From a virus (taxonomy: Duplodnaviria > Caudoviricetes), in the IMG/VR virus record IMGVR_UViG_3300032312_000643, positions 1-28,327 of that record: a stretch of DNA of 28,327 nucleotides, one strand, 5' to 3'. The position numbers were made by a program, and so were the translations under genes. Position 1 is the first letter of the stretch. Every line of letters starts with the position of its first letter. The notes beneath the pieces are model-generated. The model was not told where the DNA came from. It saw only the letters and a program-made list of their open reading frames with translations, and did not search any database. Below are positions 16,930 to 26,417 of the stretch, in pieces.

Positions 16930-17396
16930 TGCGACTAACCGAGTTTACTTCGAAAGAAGAACAAGAAAAGCTAGATGAAATACTGCCAGCTCTTGCTGCC
17001 GCCGGCGGAATGCTAGCTCGCGGTGCTGCTGCCGCAGGCGGTGCTGTTGTTCGTGGTGCTGGTGCTGCTGCTTCAGCTATTGGTCGAGGTGCTACTGCGG
17101 TAGGCCAAGGCATAGCTAAAGTTGCTCCCAAAGTAGGACAAGCAGTAGTCAAAGGTGCTCAGGCCACAGCACGTGGTGTTGGCAATCTAGCAGGACAGGC
17201 AGTTGGTGGTGCTGTTAGTGGATTCGGTAAAGCTACAAGCGGTAATGATCAACAAGATCAACAATCAACTCCGCAACAACAAAAACAACAACAGCAACAA
17301 CAACAATTGGCCGTGAAAAATCAACAGGACATGGCTAGTAGAATCAAAGAGTTAGAAACTGCTCTTGCTGGCCTAAAACAATCTTCAGGACTATAA
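16929..17396 (+). CDS. Ala/Gly-rich, poly-Gln protein, candidate internal/ejected protein
   Basis: MRLTEF..KLDE-ILPALAAAGG..; CAA-rich Gln tract; TAATG coupling on both sides. Confidence 0.65.
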   Translation: MRLTEFTSKEEQEKLDEILPALAAAGGMLARGAAAAGGAVVRGAGAAASAIGRGATAVGQGIAKVAPKVGQAVVKGAQATARGVGNLAGQAVGGAVSGFGKATSGNDQQDQQSTPQQQKQQQQQQQLAVKNQQDMASRIKELETALAGLKQSSGL

Positions 17397-17773
17397 TGAG
17401 AATTTTTGAAATTGACGACTCTGCTAATCCTGGACACGAGTACGCTGTGAGAATTAAGTTAGCGTTAAGTAACCTTATTGGTCGTTCAGCCAGCAAAGGT
17501 CAAGCAGCCAACTATAATTGGGCCTTTCTAAATCAATTGCCAGAACTAAAAGGTCTTAAGTTAGATCAAGCTTCTTTTGCCAAACTATATGACACATATC
17601 CTATGATCAAAGATCTAGTTAAAAACTTTGAGCCAAGCGGTATCAGTCTCAAGGTACCCGGTGTCAGCCAAGAAAAGGAAGATCCAGGCTCTGACCTAGA
17701 TAAATCTAAAGAGAAGATCAATAAAGCCGCAGCGTCAGCAGCACCTAAGCAATTGGCAAAATCGGCTATTTGA
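17396..17773 (+). CDS. Hypothetical protein
   Basis: 125-aa ORF; leader MRIFEI. Confidence 0.7.
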   Translation: MRIFEIDDSANPGHEYAVRIKLALSNLIGRSASKGQAANYNWAFLNQLPELKGLKLDQASFAKLYDTYPMIKDLVKNFEPSGISLKVPGVSQEKEDPGSDLDKSKEKINKAAASAAPKQLAKSAI

Positions 17774-17797
17774 TTTTTATCAAATACCTGTTATAAT
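17770..17797 (+). promoter_or_regulatory. Sigma70-type promoter with extended -10
   Basis: TTGATT-16 nt-TATAAT with TGn immediately upstream of the -10. Confidence 0.65.
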
Positions 17798-17803
17798 TGC
17801 TAG

Positions 17804-18511
17804 ATGAATCTAATTGAAAATATAAACCCGCCCCCTTTCGTTGAACGATTTCAGTATAAAGCCTGTAAACAAATCAACGATCCTGTAACACGTAAGCGTG
17901 TCTACTTAACTCCAGATGGAGAAAGCCTTCCTTCAGTAACTACTATTCTAAGTGCTACCAAAGATATGACAGCACTCAATGAATGGAAGCGTCGTGTAGG
18001 CGAACAAAAAGCTCGAGAGATTACTACAGAAGCTGCTGGTGTAGGTACAGCTATGCACGCTAACCTAGAACGATTCTTAGCGGGTCTACAGAGACAGCCT
18101 GGCAATGCTCCCGTACATGTTCAAGCTAACAAGATGGCCGACGAAATCATTATCAACGGACTCAGCAAGGTTAATGAAGTATGGGCCATGGAGCAGAGCT
18201 TGTATTTTCCAGGATTATATTCAGGAACCACAGACCTAGTGGGTGTCTATGACGGTGAGCCAGCCGTGATGGATCATAAACAGACCAACAAGCCCAAAAA
18301 AGAAGAATGGATTGACGACTATAAAATTCAATTAGTTGCGTATATACTAGCACATAATGAAGTTTATAAAACTGACATCCGTAGAGGTGTAGTGTTTATG
18401 TGCTCTAGAGCATGTGAATATCAACAGTTTGATCTGTTACCACAAGACTTTAACAAGTATCAAGATATGTGGCTTGGTAAAGTAGAAGAATACTACTTAG
18501 CTAATAGATAA
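17804..18511 (+). CDS. PD-(D/E)XK exonuclease (T4-like phage/MGME1-like)
   Basis: LPSVTTIL, GTAMH, E..L, YSGTTDLVG, MDHKQT and QLVAY motifs. Confidence 0.85.
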   Translation: MNLIENINPPPFVERFQYKACKQINDPVTRKRVYLTPDGESLPSVTTILSATKDMTALNEWKRRVGEQKAREITTEAAGVGTAMHANLERFLAGLQRQPGNAPVHVQANKMADEIIINGLSKVNEVWAMEQSLYFPGLYSGTTDLVGVYDGEPAVMDHKQTNKPKKEEWIDDYKIQLVAYILAHNEVYKTDIRRGVVFMCSRACEYQQFDLLPQDFNKYQDMWLGKVEEYYLANR

Positions 18512-18535
18512 ATACCCTATAACAGGGAATTTAAT

Positions 18536-20101
18536 ATGGCCGTAGTGCAAATCTCAAAAATTCAGGTCAGACGTGGCCGCAAAAATGGTGAATCTGGAAT
18601 CCCTCAGCTCTCGAGCGGAGAAATGGCGTGGGCTGTTGACACGCAAGAATTATATATTGGTAACGGGTCGGTAGCAGACGGTGCTCCGGCAGTTGGCAAT
18701 ACCAAAGTTCTTACAGAACAAGATAATTTACTTGATCTGGTTGATTCGTATAGATTCGCAAGAAACACACCAACGATTACTAAGTCGGTATTTAGATCTC
18801 TACAAAGTAAATTAGACGACAGAGTCAACGTCAAAGACTTTGGTGCTGTGGGCAACGGTATTGTTGACGACACTGAAGCATTTCAAAATGCTCTAGATGA
18901 ATTATTTAGAAATGCCGATGCTGAATTTAGAAAAGAATTGTTTGTACCGACTGGCCATTATAGAATTGCCAGCCCTTTGGTAATTCCGTCATACTCTGCT
19001 GTCATTGGAGAATCACAAGTTGGTGCCGTTATTATTGTTGACGACACTGAAATATCCCTAACAACCACAGCAGGAACTAGTCCTGCGTTATTTGAGTCAT
19101 CAGATAGACCACACGACATTATTTTTAAACAAATTTCTTTTAGATTTACCACAGGTCATTTTGATCTAACTGGTATGAAAGACGGTTCGTTTGAACGCTG
19201 TACGTTTCAAGGAACAATAGAAACGCTGTCAGATGCTGCTAATGCCACTGCTATAGATCCTATGATCTATGTGTCTAACACAGAAAAAGTCGGTACCATT
19301 ATCGATAACATCACTTTTAGAAACTGTATTTTTGAAAAGAGTTACAAAGCTATCCAGTTTGATCAAGTACAGGCATTTAGAAGCAATATCAATTTTATTG
19401 GATGTGAATTTAGATTATTAAATTCAGCAATTGACATTCTTGGAATTGTTGAACAGATTAATGATTGGTACGTCGACGATTGTTTCTTTAAAGAAATAGC
19501 TAGATATGCGTTCAAATCAGATTTTGGATTAAATGTAAAGATCACAAGATCTAGATTTCGTAAATGCGGTAACAATGATCTATTACCAAACACACCAGAT
19601 AGCGGTATTGTAATTTTTGGCCAAATTGGTAACAATGTGGTATTGGATTGTTCTTTTGATAGACATGCCGAAGCTTATACTGCTCTGTTAGTTGATGACG
19701 CACGATTAGCTTATCCCGAAGTGATAAACGGTAGTGTAGTGACAATATCTGATCAAATCAATCAAAACATCTATGTGTCATTTGGACCTGTACCATTGAC
19801 AATGTTTTCAGCACTGAATACATATACTAAACTAGATTATAGCATTTCATTTACCAATGGATCAGGCAGAGCCGGTACATTGGAAATTACTGTTGGTGAT
19901 AGCCTTGCTGGTCCTATTATCACTGACACATACAGCAGTACGTGTGGCGATGTTAGACCCGAAACTGTTGAATTTTCTGTTCGATTGGTTTCGAACAGCA
20001 CTACGATCGCTGGAGATGAAACTATGATAATTGACTACAAGAGTCCGTCCGCCGATCTTGTTCCGGATAAATTTAGATACTTTGTAAGTTACAGTGTTTG
20101 A
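18536..20101 (+). CDS. Tail/baseplate-associated protein with pectate-lyase-like beta-helix
   Basis: N-terminal IQVRRG..GEMAWAVDTQELYIG (Mtd N-terminal-like); VNVKDFGAVGNGIVDDTEAFQNAL; repeated xCxF rungs; TAAATA at 18509-18514. Confidence 0.78.
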   Translation: MAVVQISKIQVRRGRKNGESGIPQLSSGEMAWAVDTQELYIGNGSVADGAPAVGNTKVLTEQDNLLDLVDSYRFARNTPTITKSVFRSLQSKLDDRVNVKDFGAVGNGIVDDTEAFQNALDELFRNADAEFRKELFVPTGHYRIASPLVIPSYSAVIGESQVGAVIIVDDTEISLTTTAGTSPALFESSDRPHDIIFKQISFRFTTGHFDLTGMKDGSFERCTFQGTIETLSDAANATAIDPMIYVSNTEKVGTIIDNITFRNCIFEKSYKAIQFDQVQAFRSNINFIGCEFRLLNSAIDILGIVEQINDWYVDDCFFKEIARYAFKSDFGLNVKITRSRFRKCGNNDLLPNTPDSGIVIFGQIGNNVVLDCSFDRHAEAYTALLVDDARLAYPEVINGSVVTISDQINQNIYVSFGPVPLTMFSALNTYTKLDYSISFTNGSGRAGTLEITVGDSLAGPIITDTYSSTCGDVRPETVEFSVRLVSNSTTIAGDETMIIDYKSPSADLVPDKFRYFVSYSV

Positions 20102-20498
20102 TCTTGATCAAACTTCAAAGCTCAAGACCTGGAAAGAATTTAGACAGGCCCTTGAAACATCAAAAACTCCTTTAGAGGATGTAGCAATCTATTGGAGTCG
20201 AGCACCTTTTGTTAATCCTTATCTCGATCCAACCAATCCATCTTCGTGGCCCGATCCGTGGCAATTAATTTTAGATAGTAAGTTTGACGAGCTTGCTATT
20301 GCTCTAGGTATATGCTATACTTTAACATTAACAGAACGTTTTAAGAGCCAGCAGGTCGAGATACATACGTCTATGTCTTCGGGAGAAAGTAGATATATTG
20401 TAGTTGTTAACAGCACCAATATACTAACTCCGTTTTATAGAGCAGTAACTAATGTGAGCGAGCTAACGTATGGATCTAATAAGATTTGGCCAGTATGA
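20094..20498 (+). CDS. Hypothetical protein
   Basis: 134-aa ORF with a GTG start overlapping the upstream stop. Confidence 0.65.
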   Translation: MFDLDQTSKLKTWKEFRQALETSKTPLEDVAIYWSRAPFVNPYLDPTNPSSWPDPWQLILDSKFDELAIALGICYTLTLTERFKSQQVEIHTSMSSGESRYIVVVNSTNILTPFYRAVTNVSELTYGSNKIWPV

Positions 20499-20504
20499 GG
20501 AAGT

Positions 20505-20512
20505 TATAAATA
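20505..20512 (+). promoter_or_regulatory. T4-like late promoter TATAAATA
   Basis: Exact consensus 39 nt before the likely nrdA start. Confidence 0.6.
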
Positions 20513-20550
20513 CTGTCTTAGATACAAAAGAACAAAGAATTGAGGCGAGA

Positions 20551-22878
20551 ATGAACGACAGCATTATAGTATTAAAAAGAAACGGATCTAAAGAGCCATT
20601 GGATTTAGCAAAGTGGCAGGCACAAATAACAAAAATATGTAGTGGGATAGCGGATGTCAGTCAGAGTATGGTTGAGATAAAGGCCAGTCCGCATTTCTAT
20701 GATGGAATTACCACAAGAGAAATTGACGCAATAACTCTAAGAGCCATTGTTGATCTTATCGACGTAGAAAATAATCCAGACGTTGGTCATACAAATTATC
20801 AGTATGTTGCTGGCAAACAAAGACTATCAATGTTGAGGAAAGATGTATACGGCAAATATGAACCGCCGCATCTTTACGACATTGTGAAAACAAATGTAGC
20901 CACAGGACTATACACTCCAGAACTTCTTGAATGGTACAGTGAAGAAGACTGGAATCGAATGGACGAAATCATTGACCATGCCAAGGACGAAGAGTATGGT
21001 TATGCTAGCATTGAGCAGTTGATAGAAAAATATTTGGTACGCAATCGTTCAACAAAGGAAATTTATGAAACTCCACAGGTTAGATACATGGTGGCTGCGG
21101 CTACAGTATTTCACAAAGAAGAACCTAACTCAGCTAGAATGCGTTATATCAAAGAATATTATCAAGCCGCCAGTGATGGTTTGTTTACTCTTGCTACACC
21201 TGTGCTTGCAGGGCTCGGCACTCCTACTAAACAGTTTTCTAGTTGTGTGCTTATCAGGAGTGACGACGATCTTGATAGTATATTCGCTTCGGGTGAGATG
21301 ATGGCCAAGTATGCCAGCAAACGTGCTGGCATTGGCCTAGAGATCGGACGTCTACGTCCACTAGGTAGTCCCATCAGAGGTGGCGAAATCATGCACACAG
21401 GCATGATTCCATTCTTAAAGAAATGGTTTGGAGACCTTCGTTCGTGTTCACAAGGCGGCATCCGCAATGCCAGTGCCACTGTGTTCTATCCTATTTGGCA
21501 TCATCAGTTTGATGATCTTATTGTGCTTAAAAATAATCAAGGCACCGACGAAACCCGAGTCCGTCATATGGATTATGGAGTTGTGCTTTCCGCCTTCTTC
21601 TGGAGACGATTTAAAAACAAAGAAAACATAACTTTCTTTGATCCAAACGAAGTACCTGAATTGTACGAAGCATTTTATAAAAATACACAGCAGTTTGAAG
21701 AACTGTATGTCAAATATGAAAAGCGTCGTGATCTACGTAAAAAGGTCATGAGTGCTGAGGAAGTTTTCAAGGGTGGTATACTGAAAGAACGCACAGATAC
21801 AGGTCGTATCTATTTGGTGTTTATTGATAATGTAATGAATCAAGGACCATTTGATCCTGAGTATCACACGATATATCAGAGTAACTTGTGCTGTGAGATC
21901 TTATTACCCACACGTCCATTTAAAAGACTTGATGACGATAGTGGTCGCATAGCGTTATGTACACTGGGATCTATCAACTGGGGTGCGTTCCGGAACCCAG
22001 AGGATATGCGTAGAGCCGTAAGGATTCTACAGCGTAGCCTGTGTAACATCCTTGACTACCAAGACTTCTTGTCGATACAGAGTAAACTCAGTAACGATGA
22101 GATACAACCATTAGGCATAGGTGTTACTAATCTAGCCTACTGGCATGCCAAACGTGGATTACGTTACGGTGATAAAGATGCTCTAGCTGAAGTCAAGACT
22201 TGGATGGAACATCAGGCCTACTATCTAACAGAAGCCACAGTTGAACTGGCCAAAGAACGTGGACCTTGTCAGCATAGCTCACATACACGATACGGCCAAG
22301 GTACATTTCCTTGGGAGCTACGTGCCAAAGGTGTTAATGATCTAGCAGACTTTACGCCTGAACTAGATTGGGAACCTTTACGCAAGGACATGAAACAATA
22401 CGGTGTACGCAATGCCACATTGATGGCCATTGCTCCAGTTGAGTCTAGTAGTGTTGTTATTAACTCAACTAATGGTATTGAAATGCCAATGAGTTTGATC
22501 AGCACTAAGGAATCTAAGGCAGGATCATTCACTCAGGTTGTTCCAGAATATCACAAGTTAAAGAACAAGTATCAATTAATGTGGGAACAGAAAGACTGTG
22601 ATGGATATTTAAAAACTGCCGCAGTGTTACAGGCCTATGTTGATCAAAGTATTTCAACTAATACATTTTACAATCCAGCACACTTTGCGGATCGTAAAGT
22701 ACCGACTACACTGATTGCTCGTAATCTAATGAACTTCCTATATTGGGGCGGCAAAACGTTCTATTACAGCCTAATCAATAAAGCAGGTAGTAAACAACTT
22801 GCTGAAGAAACTCCACCTATGGGATTATCTCCAATCGACTTTGATGCTGAAGATGACTGTGAGAGCTGTAAGCTATGA
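20551..22878 (+). CDS. nrdA: Ribonucleoside-diphosphate reductase class Ia alpha subunit
   Basis: ATP-cone VLKRNG; ATPVLAG..QFSSCVL; QGGIRNAS; SNLCCEI; C-terminal CESC. A GAGG SD favours 20551 over 20470. Confidence 0.96.
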   Translation: MNDSIIVLKRNGSKEPLDLAKWQAQITKICSGIADVSQSMVEIKASPHFYDGITTREIDAITLRAIVDLIDVENNPDVGHTNYQYVAGKQRLSMLRKDVYGKYEPPHLYDIVKTNVATGLYTPELLEWYSEEDWNRMDEIIDHAKDEEYGYASIEQLIEKYLVRNRSTKEIYETPQVRYMVAAATVFHKEEPNSARMRYIKEYYQAASDGLFTLATPVLAGLGTPTKQFSSCVLIRSDDDLDSIFASGEMMAKYASKRAGIGLEIGRLRPLGSPIRGGEIMHTGMIPFLKKWFGDLRSCSQGGIRNASATVFYPIWHHQFDDLIVLKNNQGTDETRVRHMDYGVVLSAFFWRRFKNKENITFFDPNEVPELYEAFYKNTQQFEELYVKYEKRRDLRKKVMSAEEVFKGGILKERTDTGRIYLVFIDNVMNQGPFDPEYHTIYQSNLCCEILLPTRPFKRLDDDSGRIALCTLGSINWGAFRNPEDMRRAVRILQRSLCNILDYQDFLSIQSKLSNDEIQPLGIGVTNLAYWHAKRGLRYGDKDALAEVKTWMEHQAYYLTEATVELAKERGPCQHSSHTRYGQGTFPWELRAKGVNDLADFTPELDWEPLRKDMKQYGVRNATLMAIAPVESSSVVINSTNGIEMPMSLISTKESKAGSFTQVVPEYHKLKNKYQLMWEQKDCDGYLKTAAVLQAYVDQSISTNTFYNPAHFADRKVPTTLIARNLMNFLYWGGKTFYYSLINKAGSKQLAEETPPMGLSPIDFDAEDDCESCKL

Positions 22879-23426
22879 CCTTCAGTTTTATTAGAAACGT
22901 ACTGTTAGAAGGCAAGCCTGATAAGTTAGAAATTTATCCGTTGCCCTATGATGCTAGCGAACTTGCTCCGGCTATCTCAGAAGATACTATTAACTATCAC
23001 TACGGCAAATTGGCCAAGACCTATGCTGAAAGATACAATGCCAACGAAGGTGATCCTACATTTAATGAAGCTGGTGTGTTCTTACATAATATATTGTTTC
23101 AGCAATATCAAACACCTAAGAGTTCAAACAAACCCACAGGCGGCATTCTAGCCTTTATTGAAGAACACTATAAATCTTTTGAAAAGTTCAAGGAAGAGTT
23201 CGCCAAAGTAGCAATGAGCATACAAGGCAGTGGTTGGGTTTATCTAGCCAAAGACGGCAAGATCAAAACTATCAAGAATCACGAGATTAAGAAAGATATT
23301 GTTTTATTAATTGATTGGTGGGAACATGCGTGGGCATTAGACTATCAAGCAGACAAGAAAAAGTATTTAGAGAATCAATGGAAAATTATCAACTGGGATC
23401 ATATAAATGTTAGAAACGATCTGTGA
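22875..23426 (+). CDS. sod: Fe/Mn superoxide dismutase
   Basis: LPY..LAPAIS..H, FLHNILF, GSGWVYL, DWWEHAW. Confidence 0.9.
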   Translation: MTFSFIRNVLLEGKPDKLEIYPLPYDASELAPAISEDTINYHYGKLAKTYAERYNANEGDPTFNEAGVFLHNILFQQYQTPKSSNKPTGGILAFIEEHYKSFEKFKEEFAKVAMSIQGSGWVYLAKDGKIKTIKNHEIKKDIVLLIDWWEHAWALDYQADKKKYLENQWKIINWDHINVRNDL

Positions 23427-24063
23427 TATTATGGTAGACGCTTACAAGCGTAATTGGATTACCAGTCGCGATGGTAACGTAAGCATACGACATCACGACC
23501 GTGATCACTTTTACATTACACCCAGCGGTGTACGTAAGCAGACACTACAACCGGATCAGTTTAAGAAGATTGCGATTGATAAAACTATCAATAGCGGTAA
23601 TGGTACTGGCATCTTTGGCTACAACTGGAGAGACTTACCCTACACTGAAATTAGTAAGAATCTAACACCCAGTGGAGAGATTCCATTACACTTTGGCTTA
23701 CAACGTGAAATGGGACAACACGCAGGCGAAGTTCGTGTAGTAGTACACGTTCATCCAACTTATTGTATTGCCGCAATGCATGCCGACATTGATCTAAGTA
23801 CTATTAGCGATGCGTTTCCAGAACTTAATCGCTATACAAAAGTAGCACCCAATGTAGGCGATGTGCCACCTATTAGTCAAGAGCTTGCTGACCGGTGTCA
23901 CGAGAATTTACAGTTGGACAAAGACGGTAACATTGAGTATGATATAGTAGGCATCAAAGGACACGGAGTAGTTGCCATCGATACTAGCCCATGGCGTGCC
24001 TATGAGCACATAGAAAGATTAGAACATATTTGCAAGATTGTACTTGCTTCAGGAAAATATTAA
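23407..24063 (+). CDS. Class II aldolase/adducin-family protein
   Basis: DGNVS, ITPSG, PSGEIPLH, HVHP, KGHGVV. Confidence 0.88.
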   Translation: MLETICDIMVDAYKRNWITSRDGNVSIRHHDRDHFYITPSGVRKQTLQPDQFKKIAIDKTINSGNGTGIFGYNWRDLPYTEISKNLTPSGEIPLHFGLQREMGQHAGEVRVVVHVHPTYCIAAMHADIDLSTISDAFPELNRYTKVAPNVGDVPPISQELADRCHENLQLDKDGNIEYDIVGIKGHGVVAIDTSPWRAYEHIERLEHICKIVLASGKY

Positions 24064-24064
24064 A

Positions 24065-25165
24065 ATGTCAAAACAACAATACAACTTAACCACAAAGACA
24101 GACTATCTAAGTCGCAAGATGTTTCTGGACCCAGCAGGGCCAGTTACCATCCAACGTTTTGAAGAAGTCAAATATAAAAAGATTGCAGACTTTGATGCTA
24201 CCGCTCGCGGCTTCTTTTGGCAACCAGAAGAGATCAGTCTAAGCAAGGACAGCAACGATTTTAAGGATGCCAGTGAAGCTGTCAAGCATATCTTTACCAG
24301 TAACCTACTACGTCAAACAGCCTTAGATAGTTTACAAGGACGTGGGCCAACGCAGGTGTTTACTCCGGTATGTAGTCTACCAGAACTAGAAGCATTGATG
24401 TACAACTGGGGTTTCTTTGAAACTAACATTCATTCAAAAAGTTACAGTCATATCATTCGTAACATCTATAACGTACCAAAAGATGTATTCAATACGATTC
24501 ACGAGACCAAAGAGATTGTAGATATGGCCAGCAGTGTTGGTTTGTATTACGACAAGTTACACGTTATTAATTGTCGCAAAGAACTTGGTGAAGTTATTCC
24601 TGAAAAAGAATATATCAAGGCAATTTGGCTAGCACTACACGCAAGTTACGCATTAGAAGCGTTCCGCTTTATGGTATCGTTTGCCACAAGTTTGGCCATG
24701 GTTGAGAACAAGATCTTTATTGGCAACGGCAACATTATCAGCCTAATTCTTCAAGACGAACTACTACACAAAGGTTGGACAGCCTACATCATCAATCAGG
24801 TCATCAAAGAAGATCAACGATTTGTTGATGCTAAACTAGAATGCGAGCAAGAAGTCTATGCGTTATATATGGATGTCATCCGTGAAGAAAAAGAGTGGGC
24901 AGAATATTTGTTTAATAAAGGTCCAGTGATTGGACTTAATGCTAATATTCTTAAAGACTTTGTGGACTTTACCGCTTTTAACTCCCTAAAAGATATAGGG
25001 ATTAAATATCATACTAGTGCTCCTAAAACAACACCAATTCCGTGGTTTAACAAACATTCAGATACTAGCAAGAAGCAGACTGCTCTTCAAGAAAATGAAT
25101 CAACCAATTATGTGATCGGTATTATGAGCGACAGCATAAATTATGATGAGTTACCAACGATTTAA
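24065..25165 (+). CDS. nrdB: Ribonucleoside-diphosphate reductase class Ia beta subunit
   Basis: FFWQPEEI, DSLQ, ETNIHSKSY, EAFRFMVSF, DELLH, C-terminal QE.E..NY. Confidence 0.96.
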   Translation: MSKQQYNLTTKTDYLSRKMFLDPAGPVTIQRFEEVKYKKIADFDATARGFFWQPEEISLSKDSNDFKDASEAVKHIFTSNLLRQTALDSLQGRGPTQVFTPVCSLPELEALMYNWGFFETNIHSKSYSHIIRNIYNVPKDVFNTIHETKEIVDMASSVGLYYDKLHVINCRKELGEVIPEKEYIKAIWLALHASYALEAFRFMVSFATSLAMVENKIFIGNGNIISLILQDELLHKGWTAYIINQVIKEDQRFVDAKLECEQEVYALYMDVIREEKEWAEYLFNKGPVIGLNANILKDFVDFTAFNSLKDIGIKYHTSAPKTTPIPWFNKHSDTSKKQTALQENESTNYVIGIMSDSINYDELPTI

Positions 25166-25174
25166 AGGATATAA

Positions 25175-25414
25175 ATGAAAGCTATTGTGTGGAGTAAAGA
25201 CAACTGTCCATTTTGTGATCAAGCCAAAGGCTTGCTCAAAATGAAAGGCATTGAGTTTGAAGAATGTAAAATTGGGCACGGTTATACTAAAGAACAGTTA
25301 TTAGAAGCTGTACCAACAGCAAGAACAGTGCCGCAGATCTTTTTAGATGAATCGTTGATTGGCGGATTTACAGAATTAAAAGCATATTTAGCAAAGGATA
25401 AACATGTTAATTGA
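25175..25414 (+). CDS. Glutaredoxin
   Basis: CPFC, TVPQIF, IGGF; AAGGA SD. Confidence 0.93.
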   Translation: MKAIVWSKDNCPFCDQAKGLLKMKGIEFEECKIGHGYTKEQLLEAVPTARTVPQIFLDESLIGGFTELKAYLAKDKHVN

Positions 25415-25694
25415 CAAAGGTGTAACAGTAGGTGAAGTGATCACCTTGAAACTGACCAGCGGTGAAGAAATCGTTGCTACTCTAGTAGATGAAACCGCAG
25501 AGCATTATAAATTACACAGACCGATGGTTATCGGTATGGGACAACAGGGACCAGGCCTAATGCCCTACCTGTTTACAGTTAATCCAGACAAGGATGTCAA
25601 ACTGTTTAAAAAGACTGTGACTATGGCAGAAGCCACTGATAAATCGTTTGCTGATCAGTTCATACAGTCAACCACTGGCATTAAATTAGTGTAA
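25404..25694 (+). CDS. Small Sm-like-fold phage protein
   Basis: TLKLTSGEEIVA..LMPY..TTGI pattern; AAGGA SD. Confidence 0.55.
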   Translation: MLIDKGVTVGEVITLKLTSGEEIVATLVDETAEHYKLHRPMVIGMGQQGPGLMPYLFTVNPDKDVKLFKKTVTMAEATDKSFADQFIQSTTGIKLV

Positions 25695-25704
25695 GGAGAT
25701 ATAA

Positions 25705-26409
25705 ATGGCCGAAATTTTAGAAAGCACATTAACTGGTAATACTAGCGGAACCATTCAAATCCCAAATTATGCTGGGGAGTTTGATACACTTACTACTGCT
25801 GTTAATCAATTAAAAGGATCAGTTGATGCGTTGACATTGGCATTGAATAGCGAAATGCTTGGGGTAACTGCTTCTACAGTCGCTGGAACAATAGCCCACA
25901 GTGCCTTGAACTCAAAAAAACTACTCAAAGCAATAGCGATAATGAATGAAGATCAGTCTGGTAAAAACGCAGAAGGGATCACATCTCTAGGTTCCATTGC
26001 CAATCAGCTTGCTGGGTTATCTTCAACTCTAGCAGCAGGAGTAGCTACAAGTCAAATCATTGCCTCTGATCAAATTAGCAAAAATGCTTTTGACAAATCA
26101 GCCACACAGGCTGCTTTAAAAAGAAACAATCTACCCGAAGTAGCTGTAACGCCACAGGGATTTTTACAAACTATTCAAACTACACTTCAAAACGCCGGAT
26201 CAATAGCTGCTCAAGGTAGTGCAGTTGGATTTGTGACTAGTACCGCTAGTGCAGCTATCAGTGGAGCTAGTACCTACGCTACAGATCTATTACCTTCAAA
26301 AGGTCAAATTACTAATTTCTTTAAAACAAATACTGTTGGTAAGGTAACAGACACAGAAGGGACAACTAAGAGAGTAACTTCTAAGGCTTTGATTGATTCA
26401 GTAGTCTAG
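25705..26409 (+). CDS. Hypothetical Ala/Ser/Thr-rich helical protein, probably virion-associated
   Basis: AAGGAG SD; 234 aa; precedes the PAAR-like gene. Confidence 0.65.
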   Translation: MAEILESTLTGNTSGTIQIPNYAGEFDTLTTAVNQLKGSVDALTLALNSEMLGVTASTVAGTIAHSALNSKKLLKAIAIMNEDQSGKNAEGITSLGSIANQLAGLSSTLAAGVATSQIIASDQISKNAFDKSATQAALKRNNLPEVAVTPQGFLQTIQTTLQNAGSIAAQGSAVGFVTSTASAAISGASTYATDLLPSKGQITNFFKTNTVGKVTDTEGTTKRVTSKALIDSVV

Positions 26410-26417
26410 GAAATAAC

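Noticed and set aside
17804-18511. Cas4 / CRISPR system
   Set aside because: The four-Cys Fe-S pattern of Cas4 is not evident, and no repeat-spacer array or other cas genes were seen.
20470-20550. Longest-ORF 5' extensions (nrdA 20470; also 6731, 7227, 10472, 24038, 26654, 27771)
   Set aside because: Downstream ATGs fit SD sites, promoter boxes, stop-start coupling and domain boundaries better.
20551-25165. Intein, group I intron or homing endonuclease in the nrd genes
   Set aside because: Both subunits are continuous and of normal length (775 and 366 aa); the intervening genes are SOD and aldolase.
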